Positions 46,180-57,138 of a DNA stretch of 64,000 nucleotides are shown in pieces. Every line of letters begins with the position of its first letter. Positions within the stretch are counted from its first letter, which is position 1. Made by a program: the position numbers and the translations under genes. A model generated the notes under the pieces. It was not told where the DNA came from. It saw only the letters and a list, made by a program, of their open reading frames with translations, and ran no database searches. This stretch comes from an uncultured Gammaproteobacteria bacterium (GTDB taxonomy: Bacteria > Patescibacteriota > Patescibacteriia > Patescibacteriales > UBA12465), in assembly GCA_964435515.1 (NCBI GenBank), contig CAYSZD010000002.1, positions 25,042-89,041 of the forward strand. The letters run 5' to 3'.

Positions 46180-48699
46180 CTAACGACTAAAGAACATACC
46201 ACCGTCCTCATCATCAAAGGCTCTAGGCTTTGGTTTTTCTGTCTTTTCCTCTTCCTTCTTCTCGCTATTCTCCTCATTATCCTCTTTAATTTCTTCTAAT
46301 ATTTCTGCTTCATCTTTAATATCATCTTCAGGTCCATCATCATCAAGCAAAAAAGCAGGAGTATCTTCATTGTCATCTTCCTCTACATCTACTTTATCAT
46401 CTTCAGTTGCATTGTCAGAATTAAAGACCAAAGAATCATCCACTTCATCTTCTCCCAGATATGAACTTGGAGCCGATGCTTCATTTCTTTTATGAACTGG
46501 CATCGCACTAATTCCTTGATTTTGTAGATTTTCAAATTCTTGCTTACTAATTAATATTTCTCGTGGTTTAGAGCCGTTACTGGGACCAACAATGCCAGCT
46601 TCCTCAAGCATATCTAATATCTTAGCCGCCCTGCCATAACCAATAGACAATCTTCTTTGTAATAGTGAAGTGGAAGCTTTACCAGCTTTTATAATCAATT
46701 CTTGAGCCTCGGACATAAGTTCATCTTCATCTCCATGAACGCCATCAAGACCAACACCCGCCACTCCGCTAACCTTCTGTCTATCAGTCACCCCTTCTAA
46801 GTAATCAGCTTCACCGCTCTTTTCTTTGATGTAATTAATAATATCATTAATTTCTTGATCACTAACATAAGCACCTTGAATGCGTTTTGGTTTAGAAAGT
46901 TCAGCAGTGGTAAGAAGCATATCTCCCTGTCCTAATAATTTTTCAGCTCCGCTCATGTCTAAAATGGTTTTAGAATCAACCAATGAAGTTACTGAAAAAG
47001 CAATACGAGCAGGAATGTTGGCTTTGATAAGACCAGTAATAACATCAACGCTAGGTCTTTGAGTAGCTAAAATTAAATGAATACCAACTGCTCTAGACAT
47101 CTGCGCTAAACGAATAATAGCTGCTTCCATTTCTTTGCCACTAGTCATCATAAAGTCAGCTAACTCATCAATAATGAAAAGAATATAGGGCATTTTTTCC
47201 TCTGGCTTATCACTATTATAACTTTGAATATTCTTCTTACCAGACTTATTTAATACATCATACCTTCTATCCATTTCATTAAGACACCACTTTAAAGCAT
47301 TAATAGTTTTAGAAACTTCAGTTATAACTGGAGTTAGAAGATGGGGGATACCATTATAGGCGGGCAACTCTACTCGTTTTGGGTCCACCATAATAAGTCT
47401 TAAATCTTCAGGATTATTTTGATAAAGAAGAGAAATGATAAGAGTATTTAAACAAACTGACTTACCGGAATTAGTAGCTCCAGCTACTAATAAATGAGGC
47501 ATACGAGTAATATCATAAATCCAAACAGTGCCAGAAACATCTTTACCGAGCGCTATCATCATGTTATGTTTACGAGTCTTAAAGACATCGTCTTCTAATA
47601 TCTCCCTTAATCCCACTATCGCTTTAGTTCTATTAGGCACCTCTACTCCCACTAAAGACTTACCAGGAATAGGAGCCTCGATTCTTATTGGATGAGCGGC
47701 TAAAGCTAAAGACAAATCATTATTTAAAGTAATGATACGAGACACCTTTACTCCTTCCGCTGGTTTAAAAGTATACTGAGTAACCGTTGGGCCAACTTTT
47801 GTGTCTGCCATTTCTACATTAATACCAAAATTTTCTAAAGTATGTTTAATTTTAGCTGCTCCAGTTTGTGTATCTAATGCCACTGCTTGTCCTGACTTAG
47901 GATTGAGAAGCTCAATGGGTAAATCAATCCTAATTCTCTTTTTAGGTAAATTAATTTTTTCTTGTACTGCTTTTTGTCTCTTGGAAATCTGAGCATGTAC
48001 TTCTTCCAAATCCTCTTCTTCAATTTCTTCATCATCAACTGCCTGAATTTCTTTCGCACTAAAAGCCTCTAACACAGCTGGACGACCAGAAAGGTCTTCA
48101 GCTGCAGTCTTAGCTTTAGAAGAAAATAAAGCAGCAAAGGCAGAGCTAATAGCTGTAAAAATATTACCAATTATACTTTCTCTACCAATTATTTTTGAAA
48201 GAGAGGTGTTAAAGACAATAACTAGGGCCACTAAAAATAAAGAAAACAAGACAAGCATGCCACCCCAAAAACCAAAGAGATAGGAAAAGAGTTGGCTAAA
48301 ATAATAACCAACATAACCACCTCCTAAGCCAAGCTGAACATTACTAAGCCAATTAGCTTCATCAAAAAAGAAGTGGAAAAGAGTTTGATAGGAAATAAAT
48401 AAAAGAATAAGACCAAGATAATCAGTAAATCTAATATCAACTGTTTTGTCACGAGCCAATAAAACGCCCCAGAACAAAAAGACTAATGGCACTAAAAAAC
48501 GACCAAAACCAAAGATGAGTGTTAGCCATTTAGATAAAAACATGCCTGCATGCCCAGAGAGATTAAACAATCCCAACAGTGACAAGAAAGCAAATACAAA
48601 AATAATTAAAATACCAATACTACGCTTGGCCCTTTCATCTAAATGAAAGTCTGGTAAATTCTCTAATGGATTATCCTTTTTCTTCTTTTTTCTAGCCAT
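46180..48699 (-). CDS. ftsK: DNA translocase FtsK/SpoIIIE
   Basis: N-terminal 4 TM helices, Walker A LVAGATNSGKSV, a gamma-domain-like winged helix (LLQRRLSIGYGRAAKILD), and an acidic C-terminal tail. Confidence 0.9.
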   Translation of the reverse strand: MARKKKKKDNPLENLPDFHLDERAKRSIGILIIFVFAFLSLLGLFNLSGHAGMFLSKWLTLIFGFGRFLVPLVFLFWGVLLARDKTVDIRFTDYLGLILLFISYQTLFHFFFDEANWLSNVQLGLGGGYVGYYFSQLFSYLFGFWGGMLVLFSLFLVALVIVFNTSLSKIIGRESIIGNIFTAISSAFAALFSSKAKTAAEDLSGRPAVLEAFSAKEIQAVDDEEIEEEDLEEVHAQISKRQKAVQEKINLPKKRIRIDLPIELLNPKSGQAVALDTQTGAAKIKHTLENFGINVEMADTKVGPTVTQYTFKPAEGVKVSRIITLNNDLSLALAAHPIRIEAPIPGKSLVGVEVPNRTKAIVGLREILEDDVFKTRKHNMMIALGKDVSGTVWIYDITRMPHLLVAGATNSGKSVCLNTLIISLLYQNNPEDLRLIMVDPKRVELPAYNGIPHLLTPVITEVSKTINALKWCLNEMDRRYDVLNKSGKKNIQSYNSDKPEEKMPYILFIIDELADFMMTSGKEMEAAIIRLAQMSRAVGIHLILATQRPSVDVITGLIKANIPARIAFSVTSLVDSKTILDMSGAEKLLGQGDMLLTTAELSKPKRIQGAYVSDQEINDIINYIKEKSGEADYLEGVTDRQKVSGVAGVGLDGVHGDEDELMSEAQELIIKAGKASTSLLQRRLSIGYGRAAKILDMLEEAGIVGPSNGSKPREILISKQEFENLQNQGISAMPVHKRNEASAPSSYLGEDEVDDSLVFNSDNATEDDKVDVEEDDNEDTPAFLLDDDGPEDDIKDEAEILEEIKEDNEENSEKKEEEKTEKPKPRAFDDEDGGMFFSR

Positions 48700-48800
48700 A
48701 AAAACAATTGCTCCCAGAATTAATGGCAGCTTTAATAATTATATCTTCATTATACAAAAAACAAGCCAAAAGCTCAAATATAAGCTTATTTTGATAAAAT

Positions 48801-49844
48801 CTAATCTTGAGCCTGATGGGCTATTTTTAGATTCTCAGCAAGTGTAATTAAAGCTTTTTCAGCCTTATCTGGTTCAGCGTCAAATTTAAGCAACCAAAAA
48901 GCAGCCGTTCTAAGAGTAGTCCAATTATAATAAAGATCTATGCGTCTTTGTAAGTCCTCGTCTAAGACAATGCCTGTTTTTTCTAGATAACTATCTAAAA
49001 ACAATCTTTTCATTTTTACAGCAAACTCAGCCCCGAGTTCGTGCCGTTTGATCTTATACTCTAACTGCTGCATAAAAGTACCTAAATCTCTAGCAAAATC
49101 ACCAGGGCAAAAATCAGTAAAATCAATTACACCAATTTTCTTTCTACCAACAGCAATAATATTTTCCGGATGAGCATCTCCGTGAATTAAATATCTTTCT
49201 TCATAATTATTTAAAAACTCTTCTTCTTCGCTAATAAATCGCTGATAGAAAGCCGTTATTTCATTAACATATTTTCCATTAAAACGTGCTTTAATTTCAG
49301 CAATAATCGTATCTCTACCAGGCACTACATTTCTAAGTAAACGATTACTATCATTAAAAATACTTTGATCTTGTGGTAAAGAAAGTTTATGTAAGCGAGC
49401 AAACAACAAAGCAGCTCGCTCTACCATGCTAGTAATCTTTTTTTCCTCCTTGTTTTTAATAAAATGCAAAAGATTATGACCGCTAACCGCCCGATAGAAA
49501 ACACCATTAAATTCATCACTATAGAAAAGTGGGCGCGGGATCACTAAATCACCTTTAAATAAACCTGTTTTCCATAGGTATTTTAAAACTTTAAATACAC
49601 TTTCTCTGCTCTCGCTACTATGAGCAGAACAAACTATTTCTAATTCTTTTTCCTTTCCCGCTTTATTTAAAAAAGTAAGGTGATAGGAAATAACAACATG
49701 ATAAGTTGTCTCCCAAACCATTTTTTTATAAGCGTGGATTTTTAGGTCTACAATTTTTTCAAAAGGTGGATATAAAGGCAATACTTTTTTACTTAAAAAT
49801 TCTAAAGCAAAGCTTTCATCGAACAAAGATAAGATTTTATTCAT
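48801..49844 (-). CDS. APH/choline-kinase-fold phosphotransferase (substrate unknown; possibly a sugar kinase)
   Basis: Catalytic-loop motif HGDAHPENI and VIDFTDF (DFG-equivalent). It lies 3 nt downstream of the GH57 gene. Confidence 0.7.
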   Translation of the reverse strand: MNKILSLFDESFALEFLSKKVLPLYPPFEKIVDLKIHAYKKMVWETTYHVVISYHLTFLNKAGKEKELEIVCSAHSSESRESVFKVLKYLWKTGLFKGDLVIPRPLFYSDEFNGVFYRAVSGHNLLHFIKNKEEKKITSMVERAALLFARLHKLSLPQDQSIFNDSNRLLRNVVPGRDTIIAEIKARFNGKYVNEITAFYQRFISEEEEFLNNYEERYLIHGDAHPENIIAVGRKKIGVIDFTDFCPGDFARDLGTFMQQLEYKIKRHELGAEFAVKMKRLFLDSYLEKTGIVLDEDLQRRIDLYYNWTTLRTAAFWLLKFDAEPDKAEKALITLAENLKIAHQAQD

Positions 49845-49847
49845 AAA

Positions 49848-51011
49848 TTAATTACTTTGACTATTATTATGCCAATATTTACGCCAATGCTCCTGCCATA
49901 AAAGACGTTTGATGCGATTAGCTATTTTTTCTGTTTTTAATTTGTATGCCCGACTCTCAGTGTCATCTAAAGATCTAACTGCTTTTAATAAATCATTTAA
50001 ACCAGCCTCCACCTCATCAGGATTCCAAGCAATTGGTCCAAAATTATGAGAAAAATCAGTACCACTGGCCCACCAAAACATACAACTAGCCAGACCTCTA
50101 TTTAAATGCCACCGATACCAATAATAGTTATTATCTTCTTTAAATTCTTGCCCGGCTTTTATAGCTAAATCGGCTAATCGCCATAAATCTTTTTGAATCC
50201 TATTTTTTGGATTACGCCAAATAATAAATGGATGTCGACCATCTAATTTTTGATTGGTCTCCCAAGAAGCAGCTAATAGCTTAACTTTTTTTAAATCTTT
50301 TTGTTGAGCTAAAAATTCTGAAATTGTATTACTTTCTAGAAAAGATAATTTAATCATTTTTTCTAATTCACCGGTAGGGTCCTCATGACGAAGACCATAT
50401 AATTCCGAATCCGTAGCAGTCACCATTAACTTAGGCAAATTATTATTTAATTCACTGTTAACTAAATCAGGTGCATAGGCATTTGAAAAAGCTCTATTTC
50501 TTATCAATGCTTTAAGGCCACTATTAGCATCAATAACAGCCGCTTCATAATTAGCAGACATTATTGATGCTTCATCAACAATGGTCCAAGTATAACCTAA
50601 ATCCTTTATCATTTTAGCTAATTTAGGAGTATAGGCCATTTCTGGAAAAAAGAATCCTCCACCTCTTAAATCAATACCTAAAATTTCTTGAGTAATTTCT
50701 TCCTGTCTTTTTATTTGATATTTAATTTCTTCATTAGGCAAAAATGGTAGAAATGAATGATAGGCAGCTGAACCAACTAATTCCAATTGACCAGATTTAA
50801 CAAATCTAGAAAAACTCTCTAAAACGTCAGTATATCCCTCTTCTTTTAAACGTTCTAAAAGACAAGCGCTGATATTAGCAGTAAATTTTAACTTTGGATT
50901 TTCTTTTAACAAATTAACTAAGCGCAAATAACTTTTATCAACCGCTTCTTGAATGCGATATGAAGGGCTATTTGCTGGTTGATAGAAATGTAAAAAATTT
51001 AACCACAACAT
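49848..51011 (-). CDS. Glycoside hydrolase family 57 protein (alpha-glucan-active)
   Basis: GH57 conserved regions FYQP (HQP-like), GQLELVGSAAYH and FFFPEMAY (nucleophile Glu context). Start is taken at MLWLNF; the track ORF starts at 51050, inside glgA. Confidence 0.75.
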   Translation of the reverse strand: MLWLNFLHFYQPANSPSYRIQEAVDKSYLRLVNLLKENPKLKFTANISACLLERLKEEGYTDVLESFSRFVKSGQLELVGSAAYHSFLPFLPNEEIKYQIKRQEEITQEILGIDLRGGGFFFPEMAYTPKLAKMIKDLGYTWTIVDEASIMSANYEAAVIDANSGLKALIRNRAFSNAYAPDLVNSELNNNLPKLMVTATDSELYGLRHEDPTGELEKMIKLSFLESNTISEFLAQQKDLKKVKLLAASWETNQKLDGRHPFIIWRNPKNRIQKDLWRLADLAIKAGQEFKEDNNYYWYRWHLNRGLASCMFWWASGTDFSHNFGPIAWNPDEVEAGLNDLLKAVRSLDDTESRAYKLKTEKIANRIKRLLWQEHWRKYWHNNSQSN

Positions 51012-51015
51012 ATAT

Positions 51016-52482
51016 TTAAAGTTTTTTAGCTCGCCTGTAAAGACGAACATATTTTTTAGCAGGAATCTCCCAGCTATTAGACTGTTGCATTGCCTTATTA
51101 ACTAATTTTAACCAATCACCTCGATGTTTATAATTTTCTAAGGCTCTTACTATAACAGCAAATAACTCAAAAGAGTTTTCTCTTCTGAAGGTAAAGCCAT
51201 TACCACGCTTGGTGGCCGGACTATAATCATCAACCGTGTCAAACAAGCCTCCTACTTCACGCACAATAGGGATACAGCCATAACGCATAGCAATTAACTG
51301 ATTAATGCCACATGGCTCATGCATAGAAGGAAGCAAGAGAAAATCAGAACCAGCATAAACCTGAGTTTCATATTGCTGGTTAGCTTGATGAGATGGAATC
51401 AGAACAATCTTTTTGGGATATTTACGAGCAAATTTAGCCAACTGATTAATATAATCTTTATCACCCGCACCAATAATAATTAACTGTAAATCTAAAGCTA
51501 GTATCTCTGGCATTATTTTTAACAACAAAGAAAAACCTTTTTGAAAAGTAATACGAGAAGTCATGCTAACAATGGGTATATTTTTGCTAATAGGTAAACC
51601 AAAAAGCTGTTGCAGTTTCAACTTATTATCTACTTTATTTTCTAAATTATTATGAGAAAAATTTTTTACTAAAGCCTTATCTTTTTCCGGACTATAAGCG
51701 TTATAATCTATACCATTAACAATACCAAATAAACGATCAGATCGATTACGTAAAATACGATGTAAATCTTGACCAAATTTTTTAGTCATTATTTCTGCTC
51801 GATATTGCTCGCTCACAGTATTAATAATATCAGCCGACAAAATAGCTCTTTTAGCAAAATTAATGTACTCAAGATCTGGATCGTTTAAACCTGGCAAAGG
51901 ACGACGTCCATAATCTTTATGAGCAAGAGGTACTTCCCACCAATTATGACCTAACTGAAATACTAAATTATGAATGGTAAAAATAGTTTTAGTATTTTGT
52001 AATGTTTTAGAGTGTTTAAAATTATGTTTTAAATAATATGGTATCAGTCCGGTTTGCCAATCATGACAATGGATAATATCTGCTTTAAACTTAAGTAATG
52101 ATAACAATTTTAAAGCCGCTACATTAAATACTAAAAAACGAGCATTTTCATGACTCGAACCATATAATCTTTTATGTTTAGAAAAATATTTTTTATTTTC
52201 AACAAAATAGACAGGTAAATCCTCCATTAAATATCCCTTCCAATAGTTTACAACTATTCTATCTTTTTCATTAAGCCTTAACTCCACATTCTTAAAAATA
52301 CATTGTAAATTATGTTCTTTTTTATTAATCACCTTAGAATAAAGGGGGGTAATAACACAAACTTCATGCCCAATTCTATTTAATGACTTAGGCAGACTAC
52401 GAGCAACGTCTCCAAGTCCACCTGTTTTAGAAAATGGCGCAACTTCAGAGGCTATATGAGCTATTTTTAATACATTTAACAT
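51016..52482 (-). CDS. glgA: Glycogen/starch synthase (GT5)
   Basis: KIAHIASEVAPFSKTGGLGDV N-terminal motif, and the C-terminal region EPCGINQL. Confidence 0.9.
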   Translation of the reverse strand: MLNVLKIAHIASEVAPFSKTGGLGDVARSLPKSLNRIGHEVCVITPLYSKVINKKEHNLQCIFKNVELRLNEKDRIVVNYWKGYLMEDLPVYFVENKKYFSKHKRLYGSSHENARFLVFNVAALKLLSLLKFKADIIHCHDWQTGLIPYYLKHNFKHSKTLQNTKTIFTIHNLVFQLGHNWWEVPLAHKDYGRRPLPGLNDPDLEYINFAKRAILSADIINTVSEQYRAEIMTKKFGQDLHRILRNRSDRLFGIVNGIDYNAYSPEKDKALVKNFSHNNLENKVDNKLKLQQLFGLPISKNIPIVSMTSRITFQKGFSLLLKIMPEILALDLQLIIIGAGDKDYINQLAKFARKYPKKIVLIPSHQANQQYETQVYAGSDFLLLPSMHEPCGINQLIAMRYGCIPIVREVGGLFDTVDDYSPATKRGNGFTFRRENSFELFAVIVRALENYKHRGDWLKLVNKAMQQSNSWEIPAKKYVRLYRRAKKL

Positions 52483-52488
52483 AAATTA

Positions 52489-52968
52489 TTAATACAAACG
52501 ATTATTGGCAGCACAAATAGCTACTGCTAATGCATCAGCTGCATCATCGGGTTGTGGTAATTCTTTTAAAGCTAGTATTAATTTTACCATTTTTTGAATT
52601 TGTTTTTTAGAGGCTTGTCCATAAGCAGAAACCGCCTGTTTCACTTGAGCTGGCGTATAATCTCTAATCTTTAATCCAGCCGTGCTCAGCGCTAAAAGAG
52701 CAACACCGCGAGCTTGACCAACGATAAGGGCGGTACGAACATTTTTATTAAAAAACAATTGTTCTACAGCTGCTTCGTCTGGTTTATATTTAGCTATAAG
52801 CTGAGAAAGTTCTTGATATAATTTTAAAAGTCTTAGCTCTAAACTTTCCTTAGATGATGTTTTTATAGACCCACAGGCTAAACATTCCAAACGACTACCA
52901 TCAACTTTAACAAAACCATAACCAGTATCAGCGATGCCAGGATCAATTCCTAGTACTATTTTAGCCAT
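52489..52968 (-). CDS. ruvC: Crossover junction endodeoxyribonuclease RuvC
   Basis: ILGIDPGIADTGYG, and the acidic catalytic residues near the C-terminus (DAADALAVA). Confidence 0.9.
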   Translation of the reverse strand: MAKIVLGIDPGIADTGYGFVKVDGSRLECLACGSIKTSSKESLELRLLKLYQELSQLIAKYKPDEAAVEQLFFNKNVRTALIVGQARGVALLALSTAGLKIRDYTPAQVKQAVSAYGQASKKQIQKMVKLILALKELPQPDDAADALAVAICAANNRLY

Positions 52969-53040
52969 AAAATATGAGCTCGGAAATTTACTAATCGTTT
53001 CCGAGCTTTAAAATCACATACAATATATAATACATTTAAT

Positions 53041-53763
53041 CTAATCAGCTAAATTAGTATAAACCGCACTCACATCTTCATTGTCTTCCATTTCTTCTAA
53101 AAACTTATCTACCTTATCTTGATCTTCATCATTTAATACTGCTTTTTCATTAGCAACATATTCCATTTCAGCCGATTCTAATTTTAAGTCTATGCTATTT
53201 AAATAATCTTGCATTTTTTGAAAATCATTTAAAGCAGTATAGATAGTAAATCCTTCTTCCGCCTCTTCAATGTCCATGGCACCATTATCAATAAGAGCTA
53301 GTTCTAAATCACTAAAATTCTTCTTTTTTAACACCAACTCCTCTTTACTAATTAAAACTACTCCTTTTTGTTCAAAATTCCACATCACTGCCGCTAAAGA
53401 TCCTCCGTTTTTACTAAACATATGACGAATAGTAGCAGCACTACGATTACGATTATCACTAATTGAACGTACAATTACCTGAATACCAGCTGGGCCGATA
53501 CCTTCATAATATAATTCCTGCATTTGCTCTCCCCCTAATTCACCCGTACCTTTTTTTATCGCTCTTTCAATATTATCTTTTGGCATGCTTAAACTACGTG
53601 CTCTATCAATGGCTGTTCTTAAAGCTGGATTCATTTCCGGGTCACCGCCCTGTTTGGCGGCAATAGAAATATTATTAGCTAACTTAGTAAATATAGCTCC
53701 TCGCTTAGCGTCTACCACTGCTTTTTGACGATGAGTAGTGGCCCATTTAGAATGTCCTGACAT
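53041..53763 (-). CDS. yebC: YebC/PmpR family DNA-binding transcriptional regulator
   Basis: MSGHSKWATTHRQKAVVDAKRG is the family's signature N-terminus. Confidence 0.9.
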   Translation of the reverse strand: MSGHSKWATTHRQKAVVDAKRGAIFTKLANNISIAAKQGGDPEMNPALRTAIDRARSLSMPKDNIERAIKKGTGELGGEQMQELYYEGIGPAGIQVIVRSISDNRNRSAATIRHMFSKNGGSLAAVMWNFEQKGVVLISKEELVLKKKNFSDLELALIDNGAMDIEEAEEGFTIYTALNDFQKMQDYLNSIDLKLESAEMEYVANEKAVLNDEDQDKVDKFLEEMEDNEDVSAVYTNLAD

Positions 53764-53872
53764 AATTTTATTAACTTTAATTAATATGAGCCCATCTTAA
53801 CCTAAATTGAAATAAAAATCAATATCAGTTATAATAAAAACATCAATAAAATTAGGTAAAATCACTAAAAAT

Positions 53873-54796
53873 ATGAAAAAAATAGAATTAGATTCTTTAA
53901 ATATTACCGTACTCAAAGCTTTAGAGTTTCTAAAACAAAAACCACTAATAAATCTGGATATCAAAAAATATGATTTTCCTATTGTTATAGGTAGTGGTAA
54001 CGCCTATAATACTGGCCAAATTATTTTTTCTCAGCAAAAAGCTATTTTTGCTAATGAAAGTAATGCTAAGGAGATTTTTAAACGCTATCAAAAATTAATA
54101 GCTAATAAAAGCATTAGTCATGTCATTATTATTTCTGCCTCAGGCGAAAAAGATTCAGTTTGGGAGATAAAAGAAACTAAAAAATCAAAACTAAAAACAG
54201 TCCTACTAACTTGCTCCCCAGAATCAAGCGCTGCCAAAATAGCTGATGAAGTTATTATTTTTCCCAAGCTAAGTGAACCTTATACTTATAATTTTTCCAC
54301 CTATTTAAGTATGATTGCGGCTGCTAATAAAGCCAATATTGCTGATATAGAAAAATTCATTTTAAACTTGCAAATACCAAAAAAATTTAAATCATATCGA
54401 GCTTACGCTTTTATTCTCCCAGATGAACAAGCTAGTATAGCACCGATGCTAGAGATAAAAAAAAGCGAACTCTTTGGTCCTAACCTATCTTTACGTGCTT
54501 TTTCCTATGGAGAATCAAGACACGCTAAATTTGTTATTAGAGAAAAAGATGAATTAGTTATTAGCCTAGGGACAAATAAATACTTTGGACACCCTCAAAG
54601 TCGATGGGAAATAGAAATACCAAAGAAAAACAACCCCGCTCTTACAATGGCTTTATCTTATTTCCTTATTGGTTTAATCCAAATGTCAAAACCCGATTAC
54701 TACTTACAACATATTGAAAAATTTTGTAATGATTATGGCTACAAAGCCTACCCTAAGGCTAAGCCCTTTCCAATTCTTGTTCCTGGCTCAAAATAA
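53873..54796 (+). CDS. Hypothetical protein, possibly SIS (sugar isomerase)-like fold
   Basis: 307-aa ORF. IVIGSGNAY and VIIISASGEKDS resemble SIS-domain nucleotide/sugar-phosphate loops. This is a weak call. Confidence 0.55.
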   Translation: MKKIELDSLNITVLKALEFLKQKPLINLDIKKYDFPIVIGSGNAYNTGQIIFSQQKAIFANESNAKEIFKRYQKLIANKSISHVIIISASGEKDSVWEIKETKKSKLKTVLLTCSPESSAAKIADEVIIFPKLSEPYTYNFSTYLSMIAAANKANIADIEKFILNLQIPKKFKSYRAYAFILPDEQASIAPMLEIKKSELFGPNLSLRAFSYGESRHAKFVIREKDELVISLGTNKYFGHPQSRWEIEIPKKNNPALTMALSYFLIGLIQMSKPDYYLQHIEKFCNDYGYKAYPKAKPFPILVPGSK

Positions 54797-54851
54797 TAAT
54801 ATTAAAAAAGTCTTTATTTAATAAAGACTTTTTTTATTTATAGTAATTAAT

Positions 54852-55589
54852 TTATTTTTTCTTTCCCTGAGTTAACACTTTTGAAACTGCCTGACTTAAT
54901 TCTTTCTTGCTAGCTAAATAATATTTTTTTCTAACTTTGAAACTTTTATCTAATTCATATACTAAAGGAATTCCAGTTGGTATATTTAATGAAGCAATAT
55001 CACTATCTGAAATATTTTCAATATGCTTAACCAGCGCTCGTAAACTATTTCCAGAGCCAAGAACTAACAATCTTTTACCCTGTTTCATTTGCTGCTTAGC
55101 TTCTTGCTCCCACCAAAGAATAACTCTAGCAACGACATCTTTTAAACTTTCGGATTTAGGCACTTTAATATTTTTATAACGCTCATCTTTTACTTGATTA
55201 AACTTATTGGACCTAGTTATAGCCGGAGGACGCACGTCATATGAACGACGCCATAGTTGAAATTGTTTTTCACCAAATTTTTTAGCTGTTTGAGCTTTAC
55301 TTAATCCCTGCAGATTACCATAATGCCTTTCATTAAGACGCCAATCTTTTATAAGCGGAAGCCACAGAGCATCTAATTCCTCTAAAGCTAAATTAGTAGT
55401 CCTAATTACCCTTTTTAAAAAAGAGCTATAAACTAAATCAAATTTAAAACCAGCTTTTTTTAACTTTCTGCCTGCTTCAATTGCTTCTTTCTCTCCTTGT
55501 TCACTTAAATCTACATCAGTCCAACCTGTAAATAGACCCTTTTTGTTCCATTCACTTTCACCGTGTCTTAAAATTACTAGTTTAAACAT
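54852..55589 (-). CDS. gpmA: 2,3-bisphosphoglycerate-dependent phosphoglycerate mutase
   Basis: LVILRHGESEWNKKGLFTGWTDVDLS with catalytic His, and the later ERHYG motif. Confidence 0.9.
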   Translation of the reverse strand: MFKLVILRHGESEWNKKGLFTGWTDVDLSEQGEKEAIEAGRKLKKAGFKFDLVYSSFLKRVIRTTNLALEELDALWLPLIKDWRLNERHYGNLQGLSKAQTAKKFGEKQFQLWRRSYDVRPPAITRSNKFNQVKDERYKNIKVPKSESLKDVVARVILWWEQEAKQQMKQGKRLLVLGSGNSLRALVKHIENISDSDIASLNIPTGIPLVYELDKSFKVRKKYYLASKKELSQAVSKVLTQGKKK

Positions 55590-55775
55590 AAAATTATTAC
55601 TAAAATTATTGATTTTTTATCATTATAGCAAATTAATAGACTACTTATCAAATTGACCAGATGAATTACTAATGATAGTATTAAAAAGCTTAATTCCAAA
55701 GATATTTCTCCTAAAAAACATAGACAATTAAAACAAGTACTTATCGAGACCTCGCTACTAGGACTCAGGGTCTTA

Positions 55776-57122
55776 ATGAGTATAAAAACAGCTTTAACCA
55801 AAATCATTCCCCTTTTATTAAAGCCTGTTTTTGTATTATTAAAAATCCTTCTATACCGCCCCTTTGTTGCTTTATATTATTTAATTTTTAGAATTAAAAA
55901 ATATAATTTAGGCAATCAAAGTAAATTTGAATTATTTCGTAAAAAATCATTCCATTTTATCGCTTTCTTTTTTGTTGTTTTAGCACTTCTATTTAACCTA
56001 CAAAGTCGCAAACCAGCCAGCGCTGCACTAGGCAAACAAAAGGTTAGCGTTATGGAGGAAATAGTAAGAGATGAATTTGATGACTCTGGACAAAATTATT
56101 CTGAATTAGTTCAAGAAAATGCTCAAATGGATAGCTGGCAAATGTTAAGCGAAAATAATTATATTGATGAAAATAATTATATTGATGACACCCCTGGTCT
56201 TGATGTCGAGGATGAAATATTTACAGAAAATAATTTAACTTATTACGACAACGACTCTTTAATAAAACCAAAACAAATCATTGCTAGCAATGAAAATCAA
56301 ACAAGCAACAATGATTCAACTAATACAATAACTGAGAGAAAGGAAATTATTAACTATACTATTGAAAGCGGTGATACGATTAGTACTATTGCGCGTAATT
56401 TTGGTCTTAACGTTAATACTATTTTATGGGCCAATAATCTTAATTCTTTTAGTATTATTAGGCCTGGAAATGAATTAATCATCTTGCCAACTAATGGATT
56501 TTTATATAAAGTTAAAAGTGGAGATAATTTAGGTAAATTAGCTCAAAACTACGATACTAGTATTGAAAAAATTATTGCTAGTAATAATTTAAATAGCAAT
56601 GCTTCTATCCAGATTGGACAGGAATTAATTATTCCTGGAACACGTCGTACAGTTACAACACCAAGCACTTCTGTGGCTAGTAGTAAGCCTAACTCTTCGG
56701 TAACCGGAATTAATGTAATAAAGGATATTGTTTCAGCGACAACTCCTATCGTTAGTAGTAATAAAATGTTTTGGCCAACAACTGGTCACCGTATTACTCA
56801 ATATTTTTCTTGGTCTCACAATGGTCTTGATATTGGAGATAAAGTTGGTACTCCTATTTATGCCGCTGACTCTGGTACCGTAGAAATATCACAAGGAGGC
56901 TGGAATGGTGGCTATGGAAACACAATTCTAATTAACCATGGAGGCGGCAAAAAAACTAGATACGGACACATGTCAAAACTCCTAGTTTCTAAAGGAGAAT
57001 CAGTAGAAAAGGGACAACTAATTGGTCTGATGGGATCAACTGGCAGATCAACGGGCTCCCATCTTCATTTTGAAGTAATTATTAATGGTGTTAGATATAA
57101 TCCTTTAAATTATATAAGATAA
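55776..57122 (+). CDS. LysM-domain M23 family metallopeptidase (peptidoglycan hydrolase)
   Basis: N-terminal TM helix. Two LysM repeats (YTIESGDTISTIARNFG, YKVKSGDNLGKLAQNY). M23 motifs HNGLDIG and GSHLHFEV. Confidence 0.85.
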   Translation: MSIKTALTKIIPLLLKPVFVLLKILLYRPFVALYYLIFRIKKYNLGNQSKFELFRKKSFHFIAFFFVVLALLFNLQSRKPASAALGKQKVSVMEEIVRDEFDDSGQNYSELVQENAQMDSWQMLSENNYIDENNYIDDTPGLDVEDEIFTENNLTYYDNDSLIKPKQIIASNENQTSNNDSTNTITERKEIINYTIESGDTISTIARNFGLNVNTILWANNLNSFSIIRPGNELIILPTNGFLYKVKSGDNLGKLAQNYDTSIEKIIASNNLNSNASIQIGQELIIPGTRRTVTTPSTSVASSKPNSSVTGINVIKDIVSATTPIVSSNKMFWPTTGHRITQYFSWSHNGLDIGDKVGTPIYAADSGTVEISQGGWNGGYGNTILINHGGGKKTRYGHMSKLLVSKGESVEKGQLIGLMGSTGRSTGSHLHFEVIINGVRYNPLNYIR

Positions 57123-57138
57123 ATATAATATAAAAAAT

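Noticed and set aside
55577-55807. 76-aa minus-strand ORF in the gpmA / M23-peptidase divergent intergenic region
   Set aside because: Low-complexity Ile/Leu/Ser translation of AT-rich promoter DNA. It overlaps both neighbouring gene starts.
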